Shown here: positions 38,258 to 50,942 of the stretch, piece by piece
How the letters are laid out: each line of letters begins with the position of its first letter
Position numbering within the stretch: the stretch's first letter is position 1
DNA from: the human T2T-CHM13v2.0 reference genome, Homo sapiens
Strand: one strand, 5' to 3'
NCBI RefSeq assembly: GCF_009914755.1
Contig: NC_060928.1
Length of the DNA: 64,000 bases
Translations under genes and position numbers: made by a program
The notes under the pieces: generated by a model
Databases searched by the model: none
Told to the model about the DNA's origin: nothing
The model's input: only the letters and a program-made list of their open reading frames with translations

Positions 38258-38785
38258 GGTACCCAGGATTTGTTTTAATTAAGTTTGATAAGGCACACAG
38301 GCACGAACGTGATTGTGGTTAATAAAGGCATTTGCATTATTCTCACGGTCTCCTAAAAATAGAAGGCCCAGCACACTATGCCTGGGAAGTATCTGCATGA
38401 GATGAGCAGGCAGAGAGGAGAGCTGAGGGCAGGGCCTTGACTGGAGTTTTTGTTGGGAGGAATGGACAATGGAAAGCACGCAAGCCAAGTAGGTTTAAAA
38501 TGAGATATTTTGATTAATTTGGTGGGCTGTAGGGTGCAGGAGGAGTCCCTAGTTGTCAGTGACATTGCTCTGGGGTGCTTAGGCCTGGAGGAAAGTGTTC
38601 CATAGTTTAAACATAACAGAAGGAGGAGGAGACATAGATTTGGCATTGGCTGGTTTGCATACCAAAGGCATGCTCTCAAGCAAGTTCTTTACTATCTCTG
38701 AGAATGAACTAATCCTGGGTGAGACAATCTCTCTCAGGTCAGCAAGGGCCAGATGCCACAGCATCAGGAATTCAGAAAATAGGAA
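38258..38785 (-). mobile_element. MER54/MER74-group ERVL LTR
   Basis: gtccctagttgtc, attggctggtttgcataccaaaggcatgctc, tttactatctctgagaat, caagggccagatgcca. Confidence 0.6.
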
Positions 38786-38789
38786 AAAC

Positions 38790-39294
38790 TACTGGGTATA
38801 TACCCAAAGGATTATAAATCATGCTGCTATAAAGACACATGCACATGTATGTTTACTGTGGCACTATTCACAATAGCAAAGACTTGGAACCAATCCAAAT
38901 GTCCAACAATGATGACTGGATTAAGAAAATGTGGCACATAAACACCATGGAATGCTATGCAGCCATAAAAAAGGATGAGTTCATGTCCTTTGTAGGGACA
39001 TGGATGAAGCTAGAAACCATCATTCTCAGCAAAGTACCCCAAGGACAAAAAAACAAACACCGCATGTTCTCACTCATAGGTGGGAATTGAACAATGAGAA
39101 CACTTGGACACAGGAAGGGGAACACACACCGGGGCCTGTTGTGGGGTGGGGGGAGGGGAGAGGGATAGCATTAGGAGATATACTTAATGTAAATGAGGAG
39201 TTAATGGGTGCAGCACACCAACGTGGCACATGTATACATATGTAACAAACCTGCATGTTGTGCACATGTACCCTACAATTTAAACTATAATAAA
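38790..39294 (+). mobile_element. L1PA4-like LINE-1, 5'-truncated (ORF2 C-terminus + 3'UTR)
   Basis: tactgggtatatacccaaaggattataaatc, peptide WIKKMWHI..FMSFVGTWMKLETIILSK, G-rich 3'UTR tract, and aataaa. Confidence 0.95.
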
Positions 39295-39967
39295 TATATG
39301 TATATATATAAAATAGTTAATTGTTAATTCTAAATGCATTACTTTATCACTTTTGAAATCACACCCTAAGCAAGTTTTTGTTGACAAAATTATTTTTATT
39401 AAAAATAAAGCATCATTTTTCCTTGCAATATGGTTATGGTGAAATAATCTCAAATTATAAAACTTTTTAAAATTATTCTTCTTTCTATCTGGTGAGATTA
39501 CTAAAACTTGTCAGTTGCAGTTTTAGAATTGAAACAAGAAAAAAATATATAACTGCTATATGACTGACCTGCTGAATATATTTGAATTAAAAAAAACAGT
39601 AGATAGGTTGTTTTAAAATATCTCATGACCGGTTTTTAATATGTTGTTTTATACCTCTCTTTTGTGAGATTTCCAACTACAACTTCTTGTTTCTGATACT
39701 AGGCCTCCTCTGCTTCACCTCTATCCATTTTTTCCCTCTGATTTACAACGATAAGGAACTTGAGATAAACATCCTTTTCAATGTGTGCATAAATGAAAAC
39801 AGTAACTGGCATGATCTTTACAATATGCAACATTTTGCATGGGCAATTTTGACTCTTTTGATCACTTTTGTCACAGTGCCTAAGTCTCTGTGTTGTTTAT
39901 TTGACTATGCCAAGATGGTGAGTTCTGCACCTGTGATTTGCCACTCCAATTTCCAAATTTTTAAATA

Positions 39968-40331
39968 GAGTCATGAATCGCTTAACAATGGGAATAGGTT
40001 CCAAAAATTGAGTTATTAGCCAATTTCGTGATGCAAAAGTCATAGGATATACTTACACACACTTACATGAAATAGCCTACTACACACCTAGGCTATAAAC
40101 CATAATAAACCATACATGGTATGGTTTATTGCTCCCGAGATGCAAATTTGTACAGGATCTTACTATATAAATATTGTAGGCAATTGTAACACAATGGTAA
40201 ATTTTTGCATATCTAGACATATCTAAACATAAAAAAGGTACAGTAAATATACAGTATTACAATCTTATGAGACCACTGTAGCATAAGCAGTTGATTGTTG
40301 ACTGAAATGTTTTCATTTCAGAAGACTCCTG
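39968..40331 (+). mobile_element. Tigger3a-like (MER7) DNA transposon
   Basis: agtcatgaatcgcttaacaatggg, atagcctactacacacctaggcta, gtaggcaattgtaacacaatggtaa. Confidence 0.85.
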
Positions 40332-40659
40332 TGTCACATAAAACTTATATTAAATAAATGTGTATGCTTTTGTGTTGCCAATCTGTCTTTTGTTATAGAG
40401 AACTCAGCCATGAACTTAAGATGGGAAAAAAAGATACTCTTTTTTTCTACAATACCGATATTACCAGACAGAATTTTTTGTCTGTTTATCTTTTTAGTGT
40501 TTCTTTCTTGCTCAATGTTCACTTCTTAGTTGTAGATCTAATACAGCTTTTTCACTGTAACTGTCATCTTTCCAATCAACAAATATACCAAATATCTTGT
40601 TTCCCTATCTTATTTTTTTATCCTAGGTTTAAAAACAGACAAATACCAATACACAAGAA

Positions 40660-40661
<2 letters not shown>

Positions 40662-40705
<44 letters not shown>
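40662..40705. repeat. (CA)n microsatellite
   Basis: About 22 uninterrupted units. Confidence 0.98.
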
Positions 40706-40707
<2 letters not shown>

Positions 40708-41709
40708 CAGGTTTAATGTAGGATTTTCTAGTTCTATTATATGGAGTTTGAGGAAACTACAGTACGAGAATTCTACTTTAGATCCCAGCCTTCTGACCCC
40801 ATAATTAAACAACTAAGATAAGTAAATAAGAAAAATATGACAACATTGAGCAAAACAGTATTTTATACTTTCCAGATCTGTTCTTGGAATTCTAAAGCAG
40901 AGTTCTCCTGGTGAGCTGGAATGGACTACGTTCATATTTAGGGCCATATTTAACTTTCAGTTAATTATACATAAGTCTGCTGGGCTAATTAATCATCCCC
41001 AATTCTCTAAACTAAATTTGATGTTTAATACAGATCTGTTGTGGGAAAACTAGAAGACCAAAAAAAGCACGAAAGTCAAGAAAGAAGTCTCTTTTCACAT
41101 GAAAGTGGTATGTTGCCCTTGACGGATTTGGCTGTATATGGAGAAAGAGAGTGAGAGTTATCAAGATTGACCCAGAGGGTGTGGGTCAGCTGCCCTTTTC
41201 TGAAGAACAGGTTAAATAGAGATACAACATTAGAGGGTTCTATCCATATGCATGATATTTATGCTACACAGTAAGCATATAGAATCATAATCATGGCTAA
41301 ATATTTGCCCTGGAATGTGAACATGAAGGTTATTGTAGGTTTCTTTTAAGAAGGAATCATGTGAGATAGGGCAGCAACCATGACTGAATCTCTCTACTAG
41401 ATTCTATTATTTATACTGTCTTTTTTAAAACATGTTTATCAGGAAATAAAGGAAAAGCTCCTTCTAAATTAATTGCCTAAAATGGAGTTTTGCCTTTAAT
41501 TTGCCTTTGATGTTGAGCTGAATTTTTCTTTTTCATACTCTTGTTTCTACTTTCATTTCTTCGATTGACAGGTTTGGTTTTTTATCTTTATTTGTAAGAG
41601 CTCTTAAAATATTCATGTAACAAATAGAATTCGAAGCTTGCCCTCCAAGCTTTTACCATGTATATGCATAATAGTAGTGCTTCACATACAGTGTGAAAAT
41701 TATCAGAAT

Positions 41710-42130
41710 CAGAAGGGAGTCACTAGTGTTTTCAAAAAGATAAAGACAAATAGAGCCAGAAAAGGCCCTGAGGAGAAGGTTCTCATGCTGGTATGCCTGA
41801 GACCAAAACTACCACAAAGCATTGCAAAAATCACAACCTTGTACAGAAGCTATTGCAACCTTACACAAAAATACTTCTGCAAAAATATCTTCCCAGAAAC
41901 TCTTCTCAGATTATTGTCACCCTTATTATTGATCCTTATAGTCAAGGATAATTACCTGACAACAATTGTGTAATCCTCTTCATTTTTTCCTTTAAAAACC
42001 TTTGTCTTCCTTGACCTCCCTGAATACACACATAGTTTACTATGGCTCTTGTATTCCCACTGAAATACCTTACTCCTGAATAAATATCTTTCTTCTTTTA
42101 GAGAGCCTCTCTCTGTTATTTAGTTTGACA
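41710..42130 (+). mobile_element. MER34/MER39-group ERV1 solo LTR
   Basis: cctttaaaaacctttgtcttcc, acatagtttactatggc, aataaa, end gttatttagtttgaca. Confidence 0.7.
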
Positions 42131-42670
42131 ACAAGAATAAGGTAAGTTGTGCTCATGCAGCTGATATTCTTGCAGAAAAAGACAATATACCACAGGCATA
42201 ATAAATAACTAACTTAAAACTTGTGCTGGAAGATGATAAATACTGTACAAAGTAAAATAAAATAGAACATAATTAGGGGAATATGGATTTCCAGACTGAA
42301 CATTTTAAATAGATTTGTGAGGTTCAGCTTTATTAAGAAGGTGATATCTGCACAAAGGTAAGGCAGGAAGCCAATTGCAAATCTGGGAGAAGAGTGCTCC
42401 AGGCACAAAGATCAGCTAAAGCAAATGCCCTAAGGATGGAATGTGCTTGTCAGTTTCAACAACAGCTGGAAGGCCAATATGCAGGGGCAAGCGAGGAAAA
42501 GAAAAGGCAAGAACCAGTTGGAGGCAAGGTGGGGGTAACGGAGTGTCATAGCCTGGACACAAATCACGTTGTACCTAGGAGACCATTGTGGAGAAATTTG
42601 AATTTAATATTATTAAAACGCAGAATTTTGAGCAAAGAAATAGTAACATAATCTGATATGTTAAAATACT
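42131..42670 (-). mobile_element. L2a LINE fragment
   Basis: agaaggtgatatctg..atctgggagaagagtgctccaggcac..gcaaatgccctaagg..ttttgagcaaag. Confidence 0.8.
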
Positions 42671-43804
42671 CTGATATATGTATATATATACAAATATATA
42701 TATCCAATTATTTTATGCCTTTAATACTTATTCATGCTTATAAAGCAGAAAAATAGCATAAAAGAAATGTTGGAATAAAAACTTTTAAAATTAAATTTTA
42801 GTTTCTCCTTTCTGAAGTTAAAAAAGGACACTGAAACCTTGAAACAGAAATTACAGTTGATTTAAAAAACCCACAAGAACATGCCAAAAATTTATCTTAT
42901 CTTTAGATGTAATGTCAGGTAGTAATGAAATTTTCTTACCAATAGCCTACTGTTAGTCAAGTTTTTTGTTTTTTTTTTTTTCATTTTGAAGACTATTTTG
43001 AATTTCTCTGGTCTGATGAGAGAAACTGCTTTGATGCTGCACCCCTTTGGAATTTTGATTGTTCACATGACATTCATCACAGTCATAACAATACAGGTAG
43101 AGATTCAAGAATATTGGGTTAAAAATTCAAGGCTTATGTAGGCTTCTGTTTCAAACACAAATTCATGTAACTCCAGAAAAAATCGTGGCAATTCATACAA
43201 TAAACACCACTGTCATGAATATTCATTGGTGATGATGACAGGTTCAGAAAACAGGATTTTCCAGAGCTTCAAAGAGCCACCGCTAATTTACAAAATAATT
43301 GGAAAGCTGTGCAAGCAGGAAAAAGTTCCCATCGTATGCCAGCACTCAATCCTTCAGTAGAAAGAGATCACTCCAGCTGCTGTTATATGAAAAGCCTGTA
43401 CTATAGGCAAAGACACAGCTTACGAGAATATGGCAGTAACCTAGGCATAGAGATGACCATGGGATAAAGGGCTAATAAAAATGTGCTGAGAGACTGTCTG
43501 AGTTTGCATATATTTGGAAGTTATGGGCAACTAAAATAATAGATTACATGAGACTCCAGGAGAAAGAAGGGTATCAACGAAGTCTTCAAGGATTTGTACT
43601 TGGCAAATGGAAAGAGGAAATTGCCATCATCTGTAATGGGGAAGGTCTTGTTAGACCAAGTTTCATGAAGAATTTCAGGGTTAAGTTTTTGGAATTTTAT
43701 TTTTTCTGGCATGTATGTTGAAAAATATTTTTTCTCTTTAATATTTTGTTTTAAATTATGCTTATATTACCTTTTGACATATATAAATTATATAATTCCT
43801 TTAG

Positions 43805-44630
43805 ATTATTTATGTATTCAGAATATTTATTATGTATTTCCTATGTATCAGGCACTATTGTTCATATAAATAATATCCTTGTTTTCATGGCAGTTACAGT
43901 CTATTAGTTGGGAAAATATTAAATACATTAATTGTTATCAGACATTATACATGATATGTATACACACATTTTATTTATATGCTGTCACATAGTGATAAAT
44001 ATAAAATCATTTTAATGTAAGTTTTCATTTTATGGAAGACTTCTATTTAATTGAGGCACTTAGGAAGTTCATTTCTGAAGGTAATAAATTTGACCTGGCT
44101 TTTGTACAAAATAAGAAGTTGTCATAAGGCTATCTAGAGTAATAGGTTGGGTGGAGCAAAGTGCAATAGTTCCAAGGCAGAAGAGTTTTTAAAACGGTAA
44201 AAAGTGTGGCAAGACAATGGGAGGTGAGTAGGGGAGGCAGTCAGGGACAAGTTCCTGTTAGAATTTATAAGCCTGGAAGAAAATGTGAGTATTTTTCTAG
44301 GCATGATAGGAAGCCACCGGAGAACTTCGATTGGAGGAACGTCATAAACAGATTCATGTGTCAAATAGTAATTTGGAAAAGATAGACAGAAGTATATGTG
44401 TAGGAGGATTGATAATATTGGAAAATGGAAGACTCTCAGAGGGGATTGCAATGGTCACATTTAGGTACGTTGTTGGCTTGGGCTAGGGTGATATTGCTAG
44501 AAAAAAGTTAGATTTCAGGGGTATTTTGAAGACTGAGTGACTGCAAGGTATCTCCAAGATTTTTAACCCCATTCACTGGAAGAACGGAGGTGCCATGACT
44601 GAGAAGAAGAATATTAGAATAAGGATTATA
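43805..44630 (-). mobile_element. L2 LINE 3' region
   Basis: Tail tattcagaatatttatt..ctatgtatcaggcact, then ataggaagccaccggag, ggcttgggctagggtg, ggaggtgccatgactgag. Confidence 0.75.
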
Positions 44631-45729
44631 CACTTTGGAGAGGAAAAATACTTAGAAAGTCATGAAAATTTGACTGTAGGATTCAAGGACTAAGTGCTAA
44701 GAAGCAAAATGTGGCTAGGTGAGAGGAACAGGAGATGATCGAAAAAGATTCAGGATGCCCAACAACATTTGGGAGAAAACAGAGTCTAGATTGGAGGAAG
44801 GAAGGAGCTCTCAGAGCATTTATTATTCCCTATTAGTTTTTACTTTTACTTCTTGCATTAATACCTTGAATCTTATCATCATAGATTCCTTCCTGGACTA
44901 ACTCTTAGAAGAGCTAAAGAGCCTGGATGGACTGGAAGTGAAAGTGTTCCTGATAGCATTTATCTCAGAACAAGGGGAAATAATAGGATACTGGTTATCC
45001 TAAGTAGCAATAGCCGGGACTAAAAGGGGTGCCAATATTCATCAAAGAATTATTTATGTAAATATTTTTTACAGGCTGTGCTAATGGTCTATCAAGATAT
45101 CCTGAGTTTCCAGTAGAGATGTTTCAGCCATAACACAGGCCTGGTAGAAAAAGTATGGGAACTTCTATTTCTTGAAAAATAATATCTGCATTTTTCTTAG
45201 TTTTATTTATTGGTGTTATATAATTTTTCATGATAAAACTTTTTTTTCTTCAGGGGAAAAAGAAGGAAGGAAAAAAGAAAGAAAAAATCAATTAATAGAA
45301 AAAAAAAAAAAGACAGGAAAGAAGACAGACCTCTATTTTGCATGGAGATCATTAAAAAGCCCGTATTAAAAGTTACTTTGTGGAGGTAGTAATGTCTCCA
45401 GTATTACAGAAGGGACAGTTCAGTATATAATGGAGTGGATGGTAGTAATAAAGTTTTTATGGAAAAGATGGATCTTGAAACCTGTTTAATATCTAGGTAA
45501 ACATTGAAAAGGGAGAGCACTTTTAAGATAGAGGAAACGAATTCAAACAGATGGAGACAAGAATAATTATCAAATGTGTGCATTCTCAAAATTTTTGAAT
45601 GATCCTCTGATGGTGACTATTATTTGTCTCTGTGCTTCCTCTTTCTTTAAAACAAGAGAATTTAGTAAAATTCTCTATTGGCCACCAATCTTTTCCTCCT
45701 CTGATAAATGTGTGAACTTACTCCACTAC

Positions 45730-46120
45730 TGCTGAAAATCACTTTGACAAATTAAAAACAATTATGTTTTCATCAACATTGAATTACAGATATAAAATAT
45801 CGTATGGGAATTATAATTTGATAAATGGGAACATTCTGGGTCCCATATTGAGTCCAGATGGTTACAGTGTCTTTAATACATGTATCCATTTGGTATTACC
45901 GCATTTGTGTACCACAGTCTCCTCATTCATGTTTAATGATGGATAGATTCCAAATAATACAAGATGTTCTCCAACATGTTAAACTTATGGTAAGTGATCA
46001 GACAGTGAGCTCTCTCTTCCCAGTATACCTTGTAGTCTCAGCATAACTGTTTGAAGATAATCTGAATTTCAGTCAGATTGCATGATATTTTCCACTCTTG
46101 GAAAAAAAAGGTAGGATAAA
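45730..46120 (+). mobile_element. Possible L3/CR1 reverse-transcriptase remnant
   Basis: Faint, ordered resemblance to CR1 RT motifs (FDK; GxILGP; IQ.D; FxxxxCxxLxLG). Very decayed. Confidence 0.3.
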
Positions 46121-47009
46121 ATAGACAATTGCTTCCCTCCAAAAGAGGGAAATGTTCTTAACCTAAACTTAAAGTTTGCAGTGCACCTAAAATTCCAGAA
46201 TGCTTTCTTCAAACTGCTGTTAAATAGTAAACTTTGGACAACTATTAGTGAGGTCTAGATTTGGGAGGATTGACTATTTGCAAAGTTGTTTACAGTTAAA
46301 TTAGGAAAGTAGGCAAATGTTGCTTTCAATATAATTCAGATGTATTTATTTTTCAATCTCTTACCTTTACTATAAATGCATTCCTCACCTACCAGGTTTT
46401 TGTATATTCATTTTTCTTCTTTTAAAGCAAGTGACAATGTTTGTAATTTGTTTCCTTAAGTGCATCTCAGAATTTTCAACCTATTCTAAAATTTCATGGT
46501 TTCCCATTCATTATTCAGAAAATATAAAATCAAATTATTTGGTATAACAGGAAGGTTTACTCACAGTCTTCAAATTTTTTATCCTCTCTAGTTTTGCAAC
46601 ATTGTCCTTTTTTTAACTTTTCACTTTTTAATTAATGAACTTGATATTCCATCCAAATTAAATTATTTTTCTTTCTTCATACTTCAACAGGCCTGAAGAC
46701 AAATACTGCTATGAATGGTTACATCTAGGACTTCTGAAATTAGCCCCAGATTCAACTCATTTTTTTCTGCATTTGCTGAGCAATATGACATGTTTACACT
46801 GATTAGCTAAAAAGTTATGTGAAGAATGGGCAACAATATCTCTAAGGCAAGATATGTTCAGATCCAATATAGTTCATATAGACCTTGTCAGAGTAAATGA
46901 CCATGTGCCTTTCAGAACACTAAAGAATAAAATCCTTCCACATTAGAATGACAAATATGTTTTTATAATCAAACTGTTTTATTCCCAGCTTTATTACTTC
47001 CAACTGAGT

Positions 47010-47195
47010 ACAATAGAGGCTGTTCTACCATTCTCCAATTTTCCCTGAGTAACATAACACCGATCAGTGGGCACAATTAAAAGACTACATTTCTCAACCT
47101 TCTTTTGGCATCACGTGACTAAATTTTTGTCAAAGAGAGAAAGGCAGAAGCGTTGCCTATGCGCTCCAGAAGACTTTGTGAAAGATAGCAGGGGA
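47010..47195 (+). mobile_element. MLT1I/J-like LTR 5' part
   Basis: aaagactacatttctcaacct..cacgtgactaaattt..aaggcagaag. Confidence 0.55.
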
Positions 47196-48667
47196 TTTCT
47201 GATTTCTTCTTTTCCTGATATTCCAATAGGCATGTGTTAGACCTTTTGACATTGTCCTGTAGTTCTTGGATGTTCTGTGCTTTGTTTTTTTATTTTATTT
47301 TATTTTTTAATTTTTATTCTCTTTTCTGTTTGCTTCTCATTTTGGGAAGTTTGTATTGATTTCTCTCAAAGCTCATTAATTATTTGTTTATCCATGTCTT
47401 ACCTACTGATAAACCTGTCAAAGACATTCTTCATTTCTGTTGCAGTATTTTTTATTTCTAGAATTTCCTTTTGAACTCTTCTGAATGTTCTCTTCTTCCT
47501 ACTTCTATTGTCTATCTCTTCTTAAACATTGTGTATATTAAAATGGTAATTTTAAATTTCCTGTTTGATAATTCTCAAATCAGTGTAATAACTCTGCCTG
47601 GTTCTAATGCTTGCTTGGTCTCTTTAGGTTATGTTTTACTTGCATTTTAGCATGCTTTATATTTTTTTGGTGAAATCCATATATATTGCATCAGGTAATT
47701 GGAATTGAAGTAAACAGGCTTTTACTATGAGCTTTTATGAGCTTTTAAATTAGGCTACGAGATGAACTGTTTTGAACATTTGTTAAAGTTGTAAGTTCCA
47801 GAGGCTTCACAGTCCTTTATTTTCTTCATTTATTTTCTCACCTATTGTGTTTGTGCTTCCCTAAGAATTCCTTTTAAAATAAGAGTCTATACTTTGCAAC
47901 TTTCTATTGTAATCCAGTGTTATTATATTAAAGCCCTGTTGATAAGGTGGTAAGCTGTAAGGAAAACAAAATATTCTATAGTTGTATGGTTAAATATCAT
48001 TCTTTCAGCTGGCCTGCGTCACAAGGCTGTACGCTTCACTGGTGTTTCTTAGCTTTCATCCTTCCCCCACTAAATTGAAACAAGAAGGCTAAAGGGGGCT
48101 GAAGTTGAAAAAATACTCTTTTTCCACATGAGATAAGGCTCTGGTAAAGTTTCTTCCAATGGAGATAGGTGTTGTTGTTTATTGTTGTTGTTTGTTGTTT
48201 TGTTTTTATGGAGAAATCTCTAGGTGTATTTTATAATGATCATACCTCCCCAACCTTGCCAGGTCCTTCAGAGGATCTTTCATGGCTCTCTACTAATAAG
48301 AATCTGGTGAGTTTCTGGTAGTAGAACCCACAAAAGTGTGAAGGACGTTTTTAGAATGCAGCCCTAGGAATTTCTCAAACTCAAGCTAGTCTACATTTCA
48401 TTTTGGGCAGTTTATTAAAATTACTATTTAAGTTTGCCTACCAGTTTATGGTTCCTCAGCTTCTCCTCCAGGTAAGCAGATCTCAGCTATGACTATCTGG
48501 ATTTCCCTTTCTCTCCAGATTTTAGGCTTGCTGTTTACCCTGTGACCTCAGTTATCTGATGGGTCCAAGAAAAGTTAATTGACTTTCAATTTCCTTAGCT
48601 TTCTGTTATTGTAAAGACAGGAGTGATTACTTATAAGCATTTACATGTTGAACCTGAACCTTTAAGT
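47196..48667 (-). mobile_element. L1MC/L1MD-type LINE-1 5' region (5'UTR + ORF1 start)
   Basis: agttcttggatgttctg, aagacattcttcatttctgttgcagt, ggctctggtaaagtt, ccctgtgacctcagttatctgatgggtccaagaaaagtt. Confidence 0.85.
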
Positions 48668-48817
48668 TGAGTCTATGCTTTACAAAATATAACGTATTTT
48701 ATTTTGTATTTGAAGCCACTATATGCGTGCACCAACATCAAAAGATGATTATGATTTCAAATGCTTCAGAATTTAGGAATTTTGAGGAGAGTGACATTGT
48801 TTCAATTTTCTCTTCCA

Positions 48818-48997
48818 AGGGCATTTTCAAGTGTTTGTCCTAAAACATGAAAATCGCCTTTGGAGCCTGTTAAAAATAAATTATTGAGCCCTTTCTCCAT
48901 AACAATGAGGCATAATTTCTTTGAATGGAGGCCAGAAATACGTATATTAACAAGCCCACCAACTAATACCTACATATAGGCAAGCTAAGAAATAATG
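48818..48997. mobile_element. MER5-like hAT DNA transposon
   Basis: aaatcgcctttggagcctgttaaaaat..ggaggccagaaatacgtatattaacaagc. Confidence 0.5.
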
Positions 48998-49783
48998 CAT
49001 ATGTTATCTACCATATTGTCTTTCACATGTGTACTGAATAGACATTTGTCAAATAACATCTATGTTTAATGTAACAGAATAATTTTAATTTGTGACTACG
49101 GAGAAAATACTTTGTTTAGTTACTATTTTATGTCAGCAGTACTTTTTGCTTTCAGAATTGGTGAATAAATAAGTAATAATATTGTGATAGAAATGATGGT
49201 TTGTGTTTATTTTTGTGGTGGATATCAATTATTTGTGACTTCACTTTCCATTCAAATACGATCACCCTCTTCTCTATATGGTTGCAGTAACTAGGAGACC
49301 ATGTCCCTTGGCATAAGTATTGATCTTCAATAATTTGTCCTTGATATTGAGAGAAGAGGATCAAACTATTTGAACCGGATTGCTGTACTTCAACATGTAA
49401 AGTGAAAATGCAGACCCAGTTGACTATATTTCACTCATTTGGGCCAAAGAAGCAGAAGTTTATTAACAAAGAAGGAGAATAACAAAAGAAATATAAGATG
49501 GAAAGAAAAGCAAAAAGAAAGAAAACTAAAGAAAAAGCAAAAGAAAGAATACTAAATCTGAAATACATTTTCGTCCCCAAATCAAGTTGGTGCATAAAGT
49601 TCAAATGTTTTCCTGATTTTGAATTTGCTTTTAATATCCTTGTGCTTTAATGATGCATTGTCTTTTTCTGCAGAAACTATCTCCTATTACATCTATATTG
49701 TTCATCACTAGAAGCAGAAAAATAGACTATTACAGCATAAAATAGAGAACAAAAAGAAAGTTACAGCAGTGCCTGCGTGCGCA

Positions 49784-49784
<1 letters not shown>

Positions 49785-49818
<34 letters not shown>
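49785..49818. repeat. (TG)n microsatellite
   Basis: Direct observation. Confidence 0.97.
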
Positions 49819-49819
<1 letters not shown>

Positions 49820-49968
49820 TGTAAATCAAAGTAAATAGTAAAGTATGCATTTGTATGAAGTTTAGGGGTATGTTTCTTCAGTCTCATTAAAAAACAAACC
49901 AAATGAAACTCTGTATAACTGCCACTTTCCCCTACTAACACAAACACCCACACACACACATACACATG

Positions 49969-50115
49969 CAAACACATAGAAAGATTTTTCCCTTCCATTT
50001 ATATTTTCTCCATAGAATTGCAATTATTTATTGGATTTTTGACAAACACATAGAAAGATTTTTCCCTTCCATTTGTATTTTCTCCATAGAATTGTATTTA
50101 TTGGATTTTTGACAA
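49969..50115. repeat. ~74-bp tandem duplication
   Basis: caaacacatagaaagatttttcccttccattt... at 49969 and 50043. The second copy has a small deletion. Confidence 0.93.
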
Positions 50116-50429
50116 TCAGTTGCCATAGGTCTATATTATTAGTAGTAATTCTCATTATGTATCTCTTTGTGGTAGCAGTTGTTGTAGTAAGTTTGCTTAC
50201 ATGATGTAGAACTCAGAATAGTAGATTTTCAAATACTCTACCTTGCTATTGAAAATTGATATTTACATTTTTGTTATTATAAGGATGATTTTTGATAAAA
50301 CCACAGCAGGCTTTTTCCTAAAGCTATCGGTCTATGTAAGAGAATAACATTAAAATTTCTACTGTTCTAGTTTTATCATTTTACGTTGTGACTATTTGAA
50401 AAACATTCCTGAAGAAGCTTATAGGCTGT

Positions 50430-50718
50430 TGATGTAGTTTGAATATTTGCACCCTCCAAAATCTCATGTAGAATTGCAATCTCCAGTCCTGGAAGTGGGG
50501 CCTGGTTAGGAGGTGTTTGGGTCATGAGGTGGATCCCCCATGGCCCTTCACCTTCTGCCATTATTGTAAGCTTTCTGTTATTACCCTAGAAGCTGAGCAG
50601 CTGTCCGCATCATGCTTCCTGTAAAGCCTGCAGAATCATCAGCCAATTAAACCTCTTTTCTTTATAAATGGCCCAGCCCTAGGTGTTCTTTATAGCAATG
50701 AAAGAACAGTCTGATACA
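50430..50718 (+). mobile_element. MSTB-type solo LTR with an internal deletion
   Basis: tgatgtagtttgaatatttg..agccaattaaacctcttttctttataaa..ctgataca. TSD gctgt/actgt. Only 289 bp. Confidence 0.88.
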
Positions 50719-50764
50719 ACTGTCTTAACCTGGCTCCAAAGGGATTTAGGCTTGAATGCACTAA

Positions 50765-50942
50765 GGTGGTGATTTTCAAATTTCAGACTGGATCAGAATC
50801 ATGTGGAGATTTTATTGAAACACAGATTGTCTGGTCTCACCCCATGAATATAACATCTGACTTTGTAGATCTAAGGTGGGGACCAAACATTTAAATTTCT
50901 GACAATTTTTTACATAATGCTGAGGACATTTGCGAACAATTG
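50765..50942. mobile_element. MER5A hAT DNA transposon
   Basis: atcagaatcatgtggag..aaacacagattg..gtagatctaaggtggggacc. Confidence 0.75.

Noticed and set aside
38839-39090. ORF resembling a real protein (WIKKMWHI...)
   Set aside because: It is the frameshifted C-terminus of L1 ORF2 in a 5'-truncated copy.
40358-40804. Longest ORF in the window (148 aa)
   Set aside because: It has no recognisable domain, AT-biased composition, and runs through a (CA)n repeat.
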